From positions 1,342-65,341 of the forward strand of contig VFJJ01000023.1 of NCBI GenBank assembly GCA_009886115.1: a stretch of DNA of 64,000 nucleotides, in the 5' to 3' direction. This DNA comes from Actinomycetota bacterium (GTDB taxonomy: Bacteria > Actinomycetota > Acidimicrobiia > IMCC26256 > VFJJ01). The position numbers and the translations under genes are program-made. How positions within the stretch are numbered: position 1 is the stretch's first letter; every line of letters starts with the position of its first letter. Under the pieces are notes generated by a model. That model was not told the DNA's origin. It was given only the letters and a program-made list of their open reading frames with translations, and did no database searches. Positions 38,431-46,757 of this stretch are shown here, piece after piece.

Positions 38431-40026
38431 ATGACCACCACCCTGCTCGGAGCCGACGCCGAACTCCTCGTCGCGATGGCGTCGTCGCTCTCAGCTGCCG
38501 CCGCCGAGCTTCGCCGCTGCACCACCAACGCCACCATGACCTTGCGTTCGGTCAACAGGATCTGGCCCGGGGTCGACCTCGCCGCCACCGCCAGCCGTTG
38601 GGCCGAGACCTCCTCCGCCGATCTCCTGAGACGAGCGCAGCTGCTCGACGAGATCGACTCGGTGCGGGGTCTCATCAACAGCGACATCATGGCTGCCGAG
38701 CGGCGGGCCTTCTCGGCGTGGCTCGACGGCGACACCCGCGAGGCCCGACGGTGGGACAGGCGAGCCGAGCGCTCCCGCGAGCTCCTCGCACCCAGGGCCG
38801 TCGTGGGTCGTTGGGGAGCCATCACGTTCGAGCACCGCCAGTTCCTCGTGTTCGACCCCGCCAACGGACGCATCGCCGAGCTCGTGGGCGATCTCGGATC
38901 GGCCTCGGCGGTTGCCGTGCTCGTCCCCGGCACCAAGTCGAACCTCGGGAACTTCGACAGGACCGCCGAGCGGGCTCGTCTCATGCACGCCACGGCGTCG
39001 GACGTGAACTGCAGCGACGTTGCCGTGATCGCCTGGCTCGGCTACGACGCCCCCGACAATCTGTGGCAGGCCCGTCACATCGAGCCGGCCGCAGCCGGAG
39101 GGATCCAGCTCGCCAGCTTCCTCGAGTCGCTGGCCGACGACATGCAACCGGGAGCACGAATCACGCTCGTCGGTCACAGCTACGGCACCGACGTCGTGGC
39201 GAAAGCCTTGCTCGCCGGTGCTCGCGCCGACGCCGCGTTGTTCCTGGGCAGCCCCGGCGTCCCGGTCAACCACGCTCGCGAGCTCAACCGCGCCGGGACG
39301 ACCGAGATCTACGCCATGCGATCGATCGGTGATCCCATCCCCTTCGTCAACCGCGATCCGGGCCCGGTCGTGAAGCTGCAACCGGTCATCGAGAGACTGC
39401 TCGACATGCAGAAGGCTCCCGAGCTGGGTATGGATCCCACGCTGCCTGAGTTCGGCGCCACCCGTCTCGACGCGGGTACCGACCAGGGTCACGATGCCTA
39501 CTTCGTGGCGGGCAGCGTGGCCATGGCCCAGATCGGTGCCCTGATCGCCGGCAGCACCAACCGGTTGCGCGATGTCACAGCCGACACCTTCGCCGAGGGT
39601 TGGGAGGAGAAGATCGACGACACCATCGACAACGGACAGGCCATCCGCGACATCCAGCACGATGCACGCAACGTCTCGATCGACGAGCTCCAGACCCGAT
39701 TGGGCCCAGGCTCCGCTGGGATCTTCGAAGTGGCCCAGGGCATCAACAACATCGCCCACGACGCCACGAACGGAACGGTCGACACGGCACAACGGGGACT
39801 GGGGACCGTGAGCAACGGCGTCGACCGGATCGTCGAAATCGTCGACAAGGTCCCGGGCGCGTCGCACCTTCCCAGCCTCGGGTCCGGGGACGATCTGTCG
39901 AAGATCATCGACCGATTCTCCGAGCACAACGTGGGGACCCCGAGCGCCATCGTGCGTGACCTGTCCACCATTGCCGATCTCCTCGACCTCCCCGACCTCC
40001 CGAGCATGCCCCGTTTCGGCCTCTGA
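38431..40026 (+). CDS. DUF1023-type alpha/beta hydrolase with helical N-terminal domain and long C-terminal extension
   Basis: VLVPGTKSNLGNF...VIAWLGYDAP...LVGHSYGT (GxSxG nucleophile elbow). ATG at 38431. Confidence 0.7.
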   Translation: MTTTLLGADAELLVAMASSLSAAAAELRRCTTNATMTLRSVNRIWPGVDLAATASRWAETSSADLLRRAQLLDEIDSVRGLINSDIMAAERRAFSAWLDGDTREARRWDRRAERSRELLAPRAVVGRWGAITFEHRQFLVFDPANGRIAELVGDLGSASAVAVLVPGTKSNLGNFDRTAERARLMHATASDVNCSDVAVIAWLGYDAPDNLWQARHIEPAAAGGIQLASFLESLADDMQPGARITLVGHSYGTDVVAKALLAGARADAALFLGSPGVPVNHARELNRAGTTEIYAMRSIGDPIPFVNRDPGPVVKLQPVIERLLDMQKAPELGMDPTLPEFGATRLDAGTDQGHDAYFVAGSVAMAQIGALIAGSTNRLRDVTADTFAEGWEEKIDDTIDNGQAIRDIQHDARNVSIDELQTRLGPGSAGIFEVAQGINNIAHDATNGTVDTAQRGLGTVSNGVDRIVEIVDKVPGASHLPSLGSGDDLSKIIDRFSEHNVGTPSAIVRDLSTIADLLDLPDLPSMPRFGL

Positions 40027-40148
40027 CATCCCAGGCTGTCGGGACGGGTGACCCGCCGGCACCCCGAAGCTGTGACGTCGTTCACCCCGACCCGCGACCA
40101 GCTGCCGGGAGTGGCGGGTGCGGCCATCGAGGCACTAACAACGGGGGT

Positions 40149-40242
40149 GGAGGTGAATGGGGTCTGGTGGCCCCCCTCGTCTTCAACACGAGTGCGACGG
40201 GTGATCCTCGTCGGGTGGGTTCGATTCCTGCCACCTCCGCCA
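40149..40242 (+). tRNA. selC: tRNA-Sec (anticodon UCA), 94 nt with encoded CCA
   Basis: Folded by hand. Acceptor stem GGAGGTG/CACCTCC, discriminator G and CCA. 6-bp D stem GGGGTC/GGCCCC with a 4-nt loop TGGT. Anticodon stem CTCGT/ACGAG with loop CTTCAAC. About 22-nt variable arm with a CGACG/CGTCG stem. T loop TTCGATT. Confidence 0.9.
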
Positions 40243-40255
40243 TGCATCCCGAGCA

Positions 40256-40295
40256 GTGGGCGTCACGACACCGCACATCGTGTCGTGACGCCCAC
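40256..40295. terminator. perfect 16-bp stem hairpin between selC and the convergent SnoaL-like gene
   Basis: GTGGGCGTCACGACAC-cgcacatc-GTGTCGTGACGCCCAC, verified by reverse complement. Confidence 0.55.
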
Positions 40296-40317
40296 TTCGC
40301 CGGCGCCGAGCGTGCTG

Positions 40318-40701
40318 TCAAGGACGGCGTTGAGCCCGGTACGTGCGGGCCGTCACGCGCCAGCCGTCGGCGGTGCGCTCGAGTTCGTCGCGATAGTGGC
40401 CGGTCGCCACGCGGCGATCGTCGAGCACACCCAGGAACCGAGCGTGCACCACCACCGGCTCGGCGCTGTCGTCGACCCAGATGTTGGTCACGTGATGGGC
40501 CAGCGGATGACGGGCGACCTCCGCCATGTGGTGCTGGATCTCGGCCAACCCATCCAGTCGGGGACCGCCGACATCGGTGATGTCGAACGTCGCCATCGGT
40601 GTGAAGATCGCGGCCAGGCCAGCCCAATCGCAGCTGTCGATCAGATCGCAATAGCGGCCGATCAGCTCATGCAGGGCCAGGCGGTCAGCGGTGTCGATCA
40701 T
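40318..40701 (-). CDS. SnoaL-like / NTF2-fold protein
   Basis: 127 aa. DRLALHELIGRYCDLIDSCDWAGLAAIF is typical of a SnoaL_4 N-terminus. Confidence 0.7.
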   Translation of the reverse strand: MIDTADRLALHELIGRYCDLIDSCDWAGLAAIFTPMATFDITDVGGPRLDGLAEIQHHMAEVARHPLAHHVTNIWVDDSAEPVVVHARFLGVLDDRRVATGHYRDELERTADGWRVTARTYRAQRRP

Positions 40702-40833
40702 CTGAGGCTCCTCGGTCGGGAGCCCATCGTCGCGCTCCGACCGACAGGTGCGCCCGGCGAAACGGCGCGGCCCTCCGACGCGTTACCATGCTGGTGCCCT
40801 GCGCGTCCGCGCCACCCGTCCCTAGGAGGGCTC

Positions 40834-40908
40834 ATGAAGAAGCTGTTGCTCCTGGTTCTCGTCGTCGCTCTCGGCGCCGTCGCCGCCAAGAAGTTCAAGT
40901 CAGCCTGA
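40834..40908 (+). CDS. possible 24-aa hydrophobic micro-protein
   Basis: MKKLLLLVLVVALGAVAAKKFKSA. Strong AGGAGGG Shine-Dalgarno about 5 nt upstream. Followed by a repeat array and a hairpin. Confidence 0.4.
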   Translation: MKKLLLLVLVVALGAVAAKKFKSA

Positions 40909-40911
40909 GCT

Positions 40912-40965
40912 GATCCTGTATCACCTGTATCACCTGTATCACCTGTATCACCTGCATCACCTGCC
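40912..40965. repeat. 9-bp tandem repeat, 6 units (TCACCTGTA), intergenic
   Basis: gatcctgta tcacctgta tcacctgta tcacctgta tcacctgca tcacctgcc, read directly. Confidence 0.92.
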
Positions 40966-40978
40966 GAGCTCAGCTCGG
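40957..40978. repeat. copy 1 of a duplicated about 22-nt element containing a GCCGAGC/GCTCGGC hairpin
   Basis: TCACCTGCCGAGCTCAGCTCGG. Copy 2 is at 41255. Confidence 0.8.
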
Positions 40979-41254
40979 TTCTCGATCGTGTTCGACCCCG
41001 GGGTCCTGCTCCGGGGTCGATGCACATTTCGGGCAAGTCTGTTGCCGCCCACGGGCTCGGCGGCATCGGCGCCCTGGGTTGTTGTCACAGGGCCCTGCTA
41101 GAGTGAGCCCACCACCACGAAACGTCGAAGGGTCGACGGGTTCGTGATGTGATCTGTCGGTTGGCCGGTGCGAGCCGACGCTCGCCTCCCTTCCCCTTCT
41201 GTGCGTCGATCGACGCGCATCACGTGTTCAGCGGGCCTTTCCCGGCCCCGGGCG

Positions 41255-41277
41255 TCACCCTGCCGAGCCCAGCTCGG
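41255..41277. repeat. copy 2 of the duplicated hairpin element
   Basis: TCACCCTGCCGAGCCCAGCTCGG. Differs from copy 1 by one inserted C and one T/C change. Confidence 0.8.
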
Positions 41278-41334
41278 CGACGGGTTTCGCGCGGTCGGGC
41301 TCCGGTTGCGGCCTGCTCGAGAGAAGGGGATCGC

Positions 41335-42051
41335 ATGCTTCTCACGTTCTGGTCGTCCAAGGGCGGCTCAGGCACCTCCACCGTCTCCACCGCATGCGCC
41401 GGAGTGCTCGCCGAGCACCACGCCCCGGTTCAGCTCGTCGACCTCGCTGGCGATCAACCGGCGTTGGTCGGTGCTGCCGCCGACCCCACGACCGGCCTCA
41501 ACGACTGGCTGGCCCTGGGCCCCGAAGCGCCCACCGAAGCGCTGGTCCGGATCGCCGTCGAGATCGACGGTCCGGCGTTCACGCTGCTTCCCATGGGGCG
41601 ACCCACGCGCGACGGCCACGCTCCGCCCACCGGCGCTGCCGGGGCCGCACTGGCGATGGCGCTGGCCGAGGCTGGTGGGGTTGCGGTGGCCGACCTGGGT
41701 CGGGCCGACACCCCAGCCCTCGTCGCCATGGCCGAACTGGCCGACGCCACCCTGCTCGTCATCCGGCCGTGCTACCTCGCGCTCAGGCGAGCCGTCCAGG
41801 CGCCGGCCCTCAAACACACGCACGGCGTCGTGATGATCGACGAGCCCGGTCGGGCGCTCGGCGCCCGGGAGATCAGCGACGTGCTCGGCGTGCCGGTGCT
41901 GGCTCGGGTGGCCTGGCGCTCGGCCATCGCGCGGGCCGCCGACGCCGGACTCGTGCTGGCCCGCACTCCCGACGCGCTCCGTCGGCCCCTCACCCGGATG
42001 GCGGGGCGTTGGCTCGACATGCCCGACATCGGCCCCGGGGCGGCTGCGTGA
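41335..42051 (+). CDS. tadZ: CpaE/TadZ-like ParA-family ATPase (actinobacterial helicase/secretion-neighbourhood type)
   Basis: FWSSKGGSGTSTVS deviant Walker A. Immediately upstream of, and GTGA-coupled to, tadA. ATG at 41335 with a GA-rich Shine-Dalgarno. Confidence 0.7.
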   Translation: MLLTFWSSKGGSGTSTVSTACAGVLAEHHAPVQLVDLAGDQPALVGAAADPTTGLNDWLALGPEAPTEALVRIAVEIDGPAFTLLPMGRPTRDGHAPPTGAAGAALAMALAEAGGVAVADLGRADTPALVAMAELADATLLVIRPCYLALRRAVQAPALKHTHGVVMIDEPGRALGAREISDVLGVPVLARVAWRSAIARAADAGLVLARTPDALRRPLTRMAGRWLDMPDIGPGAAA

Positions 42052-43304
42052 ACCGGCTGCCCGATCTCCCGCTGCGCGACACCGTCCGCCGGCGATTCGC
42101 CGAGTCGGGGGTGGGAGCCGCCGACCTCCACGACCTCCGGCATCAGCTCACTCCGCTGCTGCACGCCGAAGCCCCGCTCCTGTCGGGCGAGCGATTCGAC
42201 CACACGCTCACGGCGCTCGTCGCCGACGTCACCGGCCTCGGCCCGCTCGAACCGCTGCTCGCCGATCCGAACGTCTCCGAGATCCTCGTCAACGGGCCGC
42301 AGTCCTGCTACGTCGAGCGAGCCGGACGCCTCGAAGCCGTGACGCTCGAGCTCGATGCCGACACGCTGTTGCGGATCATCGAACGGGTGCTCGCCCCACT
42401 CGGCCTGCGTCTCGACCGGTCGGCCCCGATCGTCGATGCCCGACTGCCCGATGGGGCCCGGCTCCATGCGGTGCTGCCGCCCCTGGCGATCGACGGGCCG
42501 TACCTCAGCATCCGCCGATTCCGGATCCGACCCGTCAGCCTCGCCGAGTTCGGGGTCGCGGGCGCGGCCGAGTCGTTTCTCGCCTGGGCCGTGCGCTCGG
42601 GTTGGAACCTGCTCGTCTCCGGCGGCACCTCGAGCGGCAAGACCACCCTCCTGGCGTCGTTGCTCCGGTGTGCCGACCCTGGCGAGCGCATCGTGACGAT
42701 CGAGGAGACCGCCGAGCTCCAGCTCGGGATGGGCCACGTGGTGCGGCTCGAAGCCCGGCCCCCGAACGCCGAGGGTGCCGGAGGGGTCGACGTCCGGACG
42801 CTCGTCCGAGCAGCGCTTCGGATGCGTCCCGATCGTGTCATCGTCGGCGAGGTCAGGGGCGGCGAGGCCTTCGATCTCGTCCAGGCGTTGAACACCGGTC
42901 ATGACGGCTCGTTGGGAACACTCCACGCCAACGGGGTGGGTGAGACGCTCGCTCGCCTCGAGAGCCTCGTCCTCCTCGCCGGGACGGGGGCCGAGCCCTC
43001 GACCGTGCGATCGCACATCGCCACTGCCGTCGATGCCGTCGTGCACGTCCGTCGAGGCTCCGCCGGACAGCGGGAGGTCAGCGCCATCGGCGAGCTGGCG
43101 GCGGCGTCGAGCTCGAGCGCGGGGGGCGGAGGGTCCCTGGGCGGGCCGCACCAACAGGTCGCCGACGATCGGTCCCTGCACCGAGCGGCGATGACGACCC
43201 TGTTCGAGCGCCGGGGACCGGCCCTTGTGGCCGTGGGGTCTCCAACTCGGCCACCGCGCCGACCCGATGGTCCCGACCTCGATCCGCGATGGTTCCGGTG
43301 TTGA
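42048..43304 (+). CDS. tadA: CpaF/TadA-type secretion ATPase
   Basis: VSGGTSSGKTTLL Walker A, IVTIEETAEL, RMRPDRVIVGEVRGGEAFD, and TGHDGSLGTLHAN His box. Confidence 0.9.
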   Translation: MNRLPDLPLRDTVRRRFAESGVGAADLHDLRHQLTPLLHAEAPLLSGERFDHTLTALVADVTGLGPLEPLLADPNVSEILVNGPQSCYVERAGRLEAVTLELDADTLLRIIERVLAPLGLRLDRSAPIVDARLPDGARLHAVLPPLAIDGPYLSIRRFRIRPVSLAEFGVAGAAESFLAWAVRSGWNLLVSGGTSSGKTTLLASLLRCADPGERIVTIEETAELQLGMGHVVRLEARPPNAEGAGGVDVRTLVRAALRMRPDRVIVGEVRGGEAFDLVQALNTGHDGSLGTLHANGVGETLARLESLVLLAGTGAEPSTVRSHIATAVDAVVHVRRGSAGQREVSAIGELAAASSSSAGGGGSLGGPHQQVADDRSLHRAAMTTLFERRGPALVAVGSPTRPPRRPDGPDLDPRWFRC

Positions 43305-44197
43305 CGCGGGCGCTTGGCGATCTCACGCTTCTCGTCGTCCTCGCTGTCATCTTGGCCCGGGTGCGGGGAACGCGACCGAGAGCTCGCGCCCGTCAGCTCG
43401 GTGTCGTGGGCGCTCGACCGAGCTGCTCGCGTGCTCCTCGCCTCGAGCTCGAGGTTGCTCGTCTGGGCCTGGGAGCCGCTCCCGCCGCCATCGCCGGTGG
43501 CTGGCTGGCAGGCACCGTGCTCATCGGCGCTTGGTCGTCGGCGATCGGCGCCGGGCCAGTCGGGCTCGTCGTTGCCGAGGCGACGTACGTCGCGTGCTCG
43601 CTCGGAGCCCGCGCTGCGCTGCTCGGCCGGGTCAACCGACGCCGCGACACCGCGGTGGCCCCGGTGCTCGAAGCGGTGGCCCGCGAGCTCCGCATCGGCG
43701 CGACGCTCCCCGAGGCGGTCCGCCACGTGGCCAGCCGCCCGGGGCCGCTGGCCGACGACCTCCAGGCGGTGTGCCGGCGCGCCGACCTCGGCCTCGGATG
43801 GGCCTCGGCCATCAGGGGTTGGGGGCGTCACGGCTCCTCGAAACCGGGCCGCTCCCGATCGGGGTTCGGCTCCGTCGCCTCCGCCTCGGCGGCTCTGGCC
43901 CTGGCCCATGCCGCGGGCGGTCCGGCCGCCGGGCCCCTCGATGCTCTCGCGACCCGGCTCCGGCGACGCCAGGCAGTTGCCGCGGAGGTGACTGCGCTCT
44001 CGACGCAGGGGCGCTGGTCAGCCTGGGTCGTCGTCCTCATCCCCGTGGGAGCGCTGGTGCTCACGGCTGTGGCCGACCCGGCGACCGTCCACGGGTTGAC
44101 GACGACCGGGGTAGGGCGCGCCTGTCTCCTCGGGGGCCTGGCGCTCGACGCGTTGGGCGCGGGGTGGATGCGGATGATCATCCGGGGGGCCCAGTGA
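43289..44197 (+). CDS. tadB: TadB-like type II secretion system F-family membrane protein
   Basis: Position after tadA, TM topology and a T2SSF-like loop (LPEAVRHVA...GPLADDL). Confidence 0.7.
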   Translation: MVPVLTRALGDLTLLVVLAVILARVRGTRPRARARQLGVVGARPSCSRAPRLELEVARLGLGAAPAAIAGGWLAGTVLIGAWSSAIGAGPVGLVVAEATYVACSLGARAALLGRVNRRRDTAVAPVLEAVARELRIGATLPEAVRHVASRPGPLADDLQAVCRRADLGLGWASAIRGWGRHGSSKPGRSRSGFGSVASASAALALAHAAGGPAAGPLDALATRLRRRQAVAAEVTALSTQGRWSAWVVVLIPVGALVLTAVADPATVHGLTTTGVGRACLLGGLALDALGAGWMRMIIRGAQ

Positions 44198-44835
44198 ACC
44201 CTTCCGCCGTCGCCCAGTGGATCGTCCTCGCGCTCGCCATGATGCTCGCCATCCGAAGAGCCACCACGGGCCGGCTGGCCGAGCGGCTGGCAACGTTGGC
44301 GTCGCCGGGCGCAGCCTCGGCAGGCACCCCGTCGGTGCGGGCTCCGCCACGCGGGAGGGGCCTCGGGATCGTTCGAGCCCGGAGACGACGTCGGGCCGAT
44401 CGGTTCGCCGCAGCGTCACTCCCCGAGGCGATCGATCTCGTACGCATGGCTGTCGGATCGGGTCTCGCGCCGGCCGGCGCGCTCGCCGAGATCGTGGCCC
44501 ACGGTCCAGCGGCCGTTGCCAGCCGGCTGCAACCCGTGCTCGACCTCGCGGGGTCGGGCTTGTCGTTCGGCGAAGCCTGTCATCGGGTCGCGCTGCTCGA
44601 TGGCGTTGTGGCACCACTCGTCACCCTGCTCGGCGAAGGCGCCAACACCGGTGCGGGCCTGCACGATGCGCTCGAGAGACTGGCCGACGACCGGGCCAAC
44701 GACCAGCGCCGGGCTGCGGAGGAACGGGCCCGGGCCGTTCCCGTGAAGCTCCTGTTCCCGCTCGTGTGCTGCACGCTCCCGGGCTTCGTGCTCCTCGCCG
44801 TCGTTCCCGCGGTGCTCCGAGCCTTCGACCAGTGA
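44194..44835 (+). CDS. tadC: TadC-like type II secretion system F-family membrane protein
   Basis: GTGA overlap with tadB. LPEAIDLVRMAVGSGL... and the C-terminal TM pair LLFPLVCCTLPGFVLLAVVP. Confidence 0.7.
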   Translation: MNPSAVAQWIVLALAMMLAIRRATTGRLAERLATLASPGAASAGTPSVRAPPRGRGLGIVRARRRRRADRFAAASLPEAIDLVRMAVGSGLAPAGALAEIVAHGPAAVASRLQPVLDLAGSGLSFGEACHRVALLDGVVAPLVTLLGEGANTGAGLHDALERLADDRANDQRRAAEERARAVPVKLLFPLVCCTLPGFVLLAVVPAVLRAFDQ

Positions 44836-45097
44836 CCGTGACCAGCTATCCAGCGCCAACCTGCTCGGCCCCACCTCCTCAGCCCCAGTTCCTCGGCCCG
44901 AGGCTGCTCGACGCAAGGCTGCTCGAAACCAATCTGCTCGACCCCGATGCGCTCGTTCCGGCACCCGCCCGGAGCCGGCCCGGTCACGTCTCGTGTCGCT
45001 CCCGGGCGACCGCGAGCTCGGCGTGAATGCTCTCGGCGACTTCCCCCATCGACTTCCTCGTCAGGCTCCACCACGACACACGCACGGAGGTTCTCTG

Positions 45098-45313
45098 ATG
45101 GATCTGTCTTTGTTCACCCACTGGGTCAAGCTTCGGTTGGCCCGATCGTCTCCGGGCCGGCCCGAGCACGGCCAGGCAACGGCCGAATATGCCCTGGTGA
45201 TCATCGGCGCCGTGACCCTCGCTGGTCTGCTCATCGCCTGGGCGGCCAGCTCGGGCTCGATCGGTCGCTTGTTCGACTCGGCGATCGACCGCGTGATCCA
45301 ACTCGCCCAATGA
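45098..45313 (+). CDS. flp: Flp/DUF4244-type pilin precursor
   Basis: 71 aa with the G/QATAEYALV processing motif followed by a hydrophobic helix. GGAGG Shine-Dalgarno upstream. Confidence 0.8.
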   Translation: MDLSLFTHWVKLRLARSSPGRPEHGQATAEYALVIIGAVTLAGLLIAWAASSGSIGRLFDSAIDRVIQLAQ

Positions 45314-45747
45314 GTCGGGGTCGGCCCGGTCGCCGCGACCCGCTGGTCCGGGCTCCGGTCCGGACCCGGGCCCGGGCCCGGGCCCGACGGTGCCGCGATC
45401 GGGCCGGCCAAGCGACCGTCGAGTTCGCGCTCGTTCTTCCGCTCGTCTTGATCCTGATGCTCGGACTCGTCCAGGTCGCCATCGTCGTCAGGGCCCAGGT
45501 TCTCGTACAGCACGCAGCCAGAGAAGCGGCGCGGGCCGCCGCGGTCGACCCCGACCCCGACGCGGCCGTCGCCGCGGGCACTCGGGTGTTGTCGGGCGTT
45601 CAGGTCGCGGTGGGTCCCCGGCCCGCCGTCGGCGGACCCGTCAGGGTGGAGGTCAGCTACCGGGTGGTCACCGATGTACCGATCATCGGCCCGCTGCTCC
45701 CCGATCCGGTGCTGCGCTCCGACGCCACCATGCGAGCCGAACGATGA
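45310..45747 (+). CDS. tadE: TadE-family pseudopilin-like protein
   Basis: GQATVEFALVLPLVLILMLGLVQV TadE N-terminal motif. ATGA overlap with flp. Confidence 0.8.
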   Translation: MSRGRPGRRDPLVRAPVRTRARARARRCRDRAGQATVEFALVLPLVLILMLGLVQVAIVVRAQVLVQHAAREAARAAAVDPDPDAAVAAGTRVLSGVQVAVGPRPAVGGPVRVEVSYRVVTDVPIIGPLLPDPVLRSDATMRAER

Positions 45748-46757
45748 CCCCGGCCGTCTCGGACGTCGCGGCCGTTCCGTCCCTCCCGGTCGGCACAGTC
45801 GTCCCGGCCGCCCCGGTCGGCACAACCGGCACAGTCGGCACAGTCGGAACAATCGGCACAGTCGTCCCGTCCCGACCCACGGGCTCGAGCCCGACGCGCT
45901 CGGGCTCGAGCCCCCGGGGAAGGGGCCCTGGCCCCGCAGGGCGAGCTCCGGGTCGCCGGGGGCTGGGTGGCAGCGAGGCAGAGCGCGGATCGGTGCTGAT
46001 CCTGATGGTCGGCTTGGTGGTCGTCGCCGGGCTCGTCGCCGTCGGCATCGCCCGCCTGGGATCGGCCTCGGCTCGGCGTGTCGCGGCACAGTCCGCAGCC
46101 GACGCGGCTGCGTTGGCCGCGGCCGACGAGCTGGCGCTGGGCGGAACGCCCTCACAGGCCCGGAGCGCTGCCAGCCGTACCGCATCGGCAAACGACGCCG
46201 TCCTCCTGGGCTGTCGGTGCGAGCCCGATCAAGCCACGGTTCGCGTGCGCCGCCTCGGCGTGGAGGCCGTCGCTCGGGCGGTGGTCGACACCGCGTGCAT
46301 TCCTCGCCCGGAACGGTGCGCGGCCGGTGCTGCCGCAGGGCCGATCGCGACCGAGAGCAGGGCGATGGCTGCAGCCTTGTCGAGGTACTCGTTCCAGTTG
46401 CCGCACTTGGGGGACTGGACGCACGACGGGCACCCGTCGTCACACGAGCAGGTGCTGATCAGCTCCGCTGTCGCCGCCAGGGTCTCGGTTGCCACGGCGA
46501 ACGCGATGTCGGCGATGCCGGCGCCACCAGGGAAGCCGTCGTACACGAAGATCGAGGGCAGCCCCGTCTGGGGGTGCATGGCCATCGAGACCCCTCCGAC
46601 ATCCCAGCGGTCGCAGATCGCCGAGCGCGGCAGCATCCCGATGAACCCGTGCTCGATGGCATGCACCGTGCCTGCGGTCTGGGCGGGGACGAGTCCCGCA
46701 GCGGCGAGCAGATCGGGGGTGATGGTGAACCAGCAGCCCGCGGTGTCGAGGAGCTGA
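45744..46757 (+). CDS. Rv3654c-type TadE-like protein; the recognisable domain ends near 46300 but the first in-frame stop is at 46755
   Basis: GSVLILMVGLVVVAGLVAVGIARLGSASARRVAAQSAADAAALAAADE... then ...ATVRVRRLGVEAVARA. ATGA overlap with tadE. The 3' approximately 460 nt are antisense to the helicase coding region. Confidence 0.55.
   Translation: MTPAVSDVAAVPSLPVGTVVPAAPVGTTGTVGTVGTIGTVVPSRPTGSSPTRSGSSPRGRGPGPAGRAPGRRGLGGSEAERGSVLILMVGLVVVAGLVAVGIARLGSASARRVAAQSAADAAALAAADELALGGTPSQARSAASRTASANDAVLLGCRCEPDQATVRVRRLGVEAVARAVVDTACIPRPERCAAGAAAGPIATESRAMAAALSRYSFQLPHLGDWTHDGHPSSHEQVLISSAVAARVSVATANAMSAMPAPPGKPSYTKIEGSPVWGCMAIETPPTSQRSQIAERGSIPMNPCSMACTVPAVWAGTSPAAASRSGVMVNQQPAVSRS
45792..45863 (+). 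repeat. 9-bp repeat array (GGCACAGTC and variants), in frame in the tadE-like 5' region
   Basis: ggcacagtc at 45792, 45828, 45837 and 45855. Variants ggcacaacc at 45819 and ggaacaatc at 45846. Encodes VGTVVPAAPVGTTGTVGTVGTIGTV. Confidence 0.85.

Noticed and set aside
40912-40965. Short tandem repeat arrays (also 18901, 59161 and 63914) considered as CRISPR arrays.
   Set aside because: The units are 9-15 bp and directly abutting, with no spacers. No cas genes are present.
40980-41334. 6C sRNA expected by synteny. In M. tuberculosis, as I recall, it lies upstream of the tadZ-like Rv3660c.
   Set aside because: I could not find the defining pair of hairpins with C-rich loops on either strand. 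The only C-rich tract (CCTCCCTTCCCC, about 41195) lies between hairpins, not in a loop. A covariance-model scan is needed.
40149-41334. Genomic island integrated at tRNA-Sec, with the Tad locus as cargo.
   Set aside because: There is no integrase or excisionase. I saw no repeat of the tRNA 3' end downstream and no clear GC shift. The Tad/helicase/topA/holB order matches conserved actinobacterial synteny.
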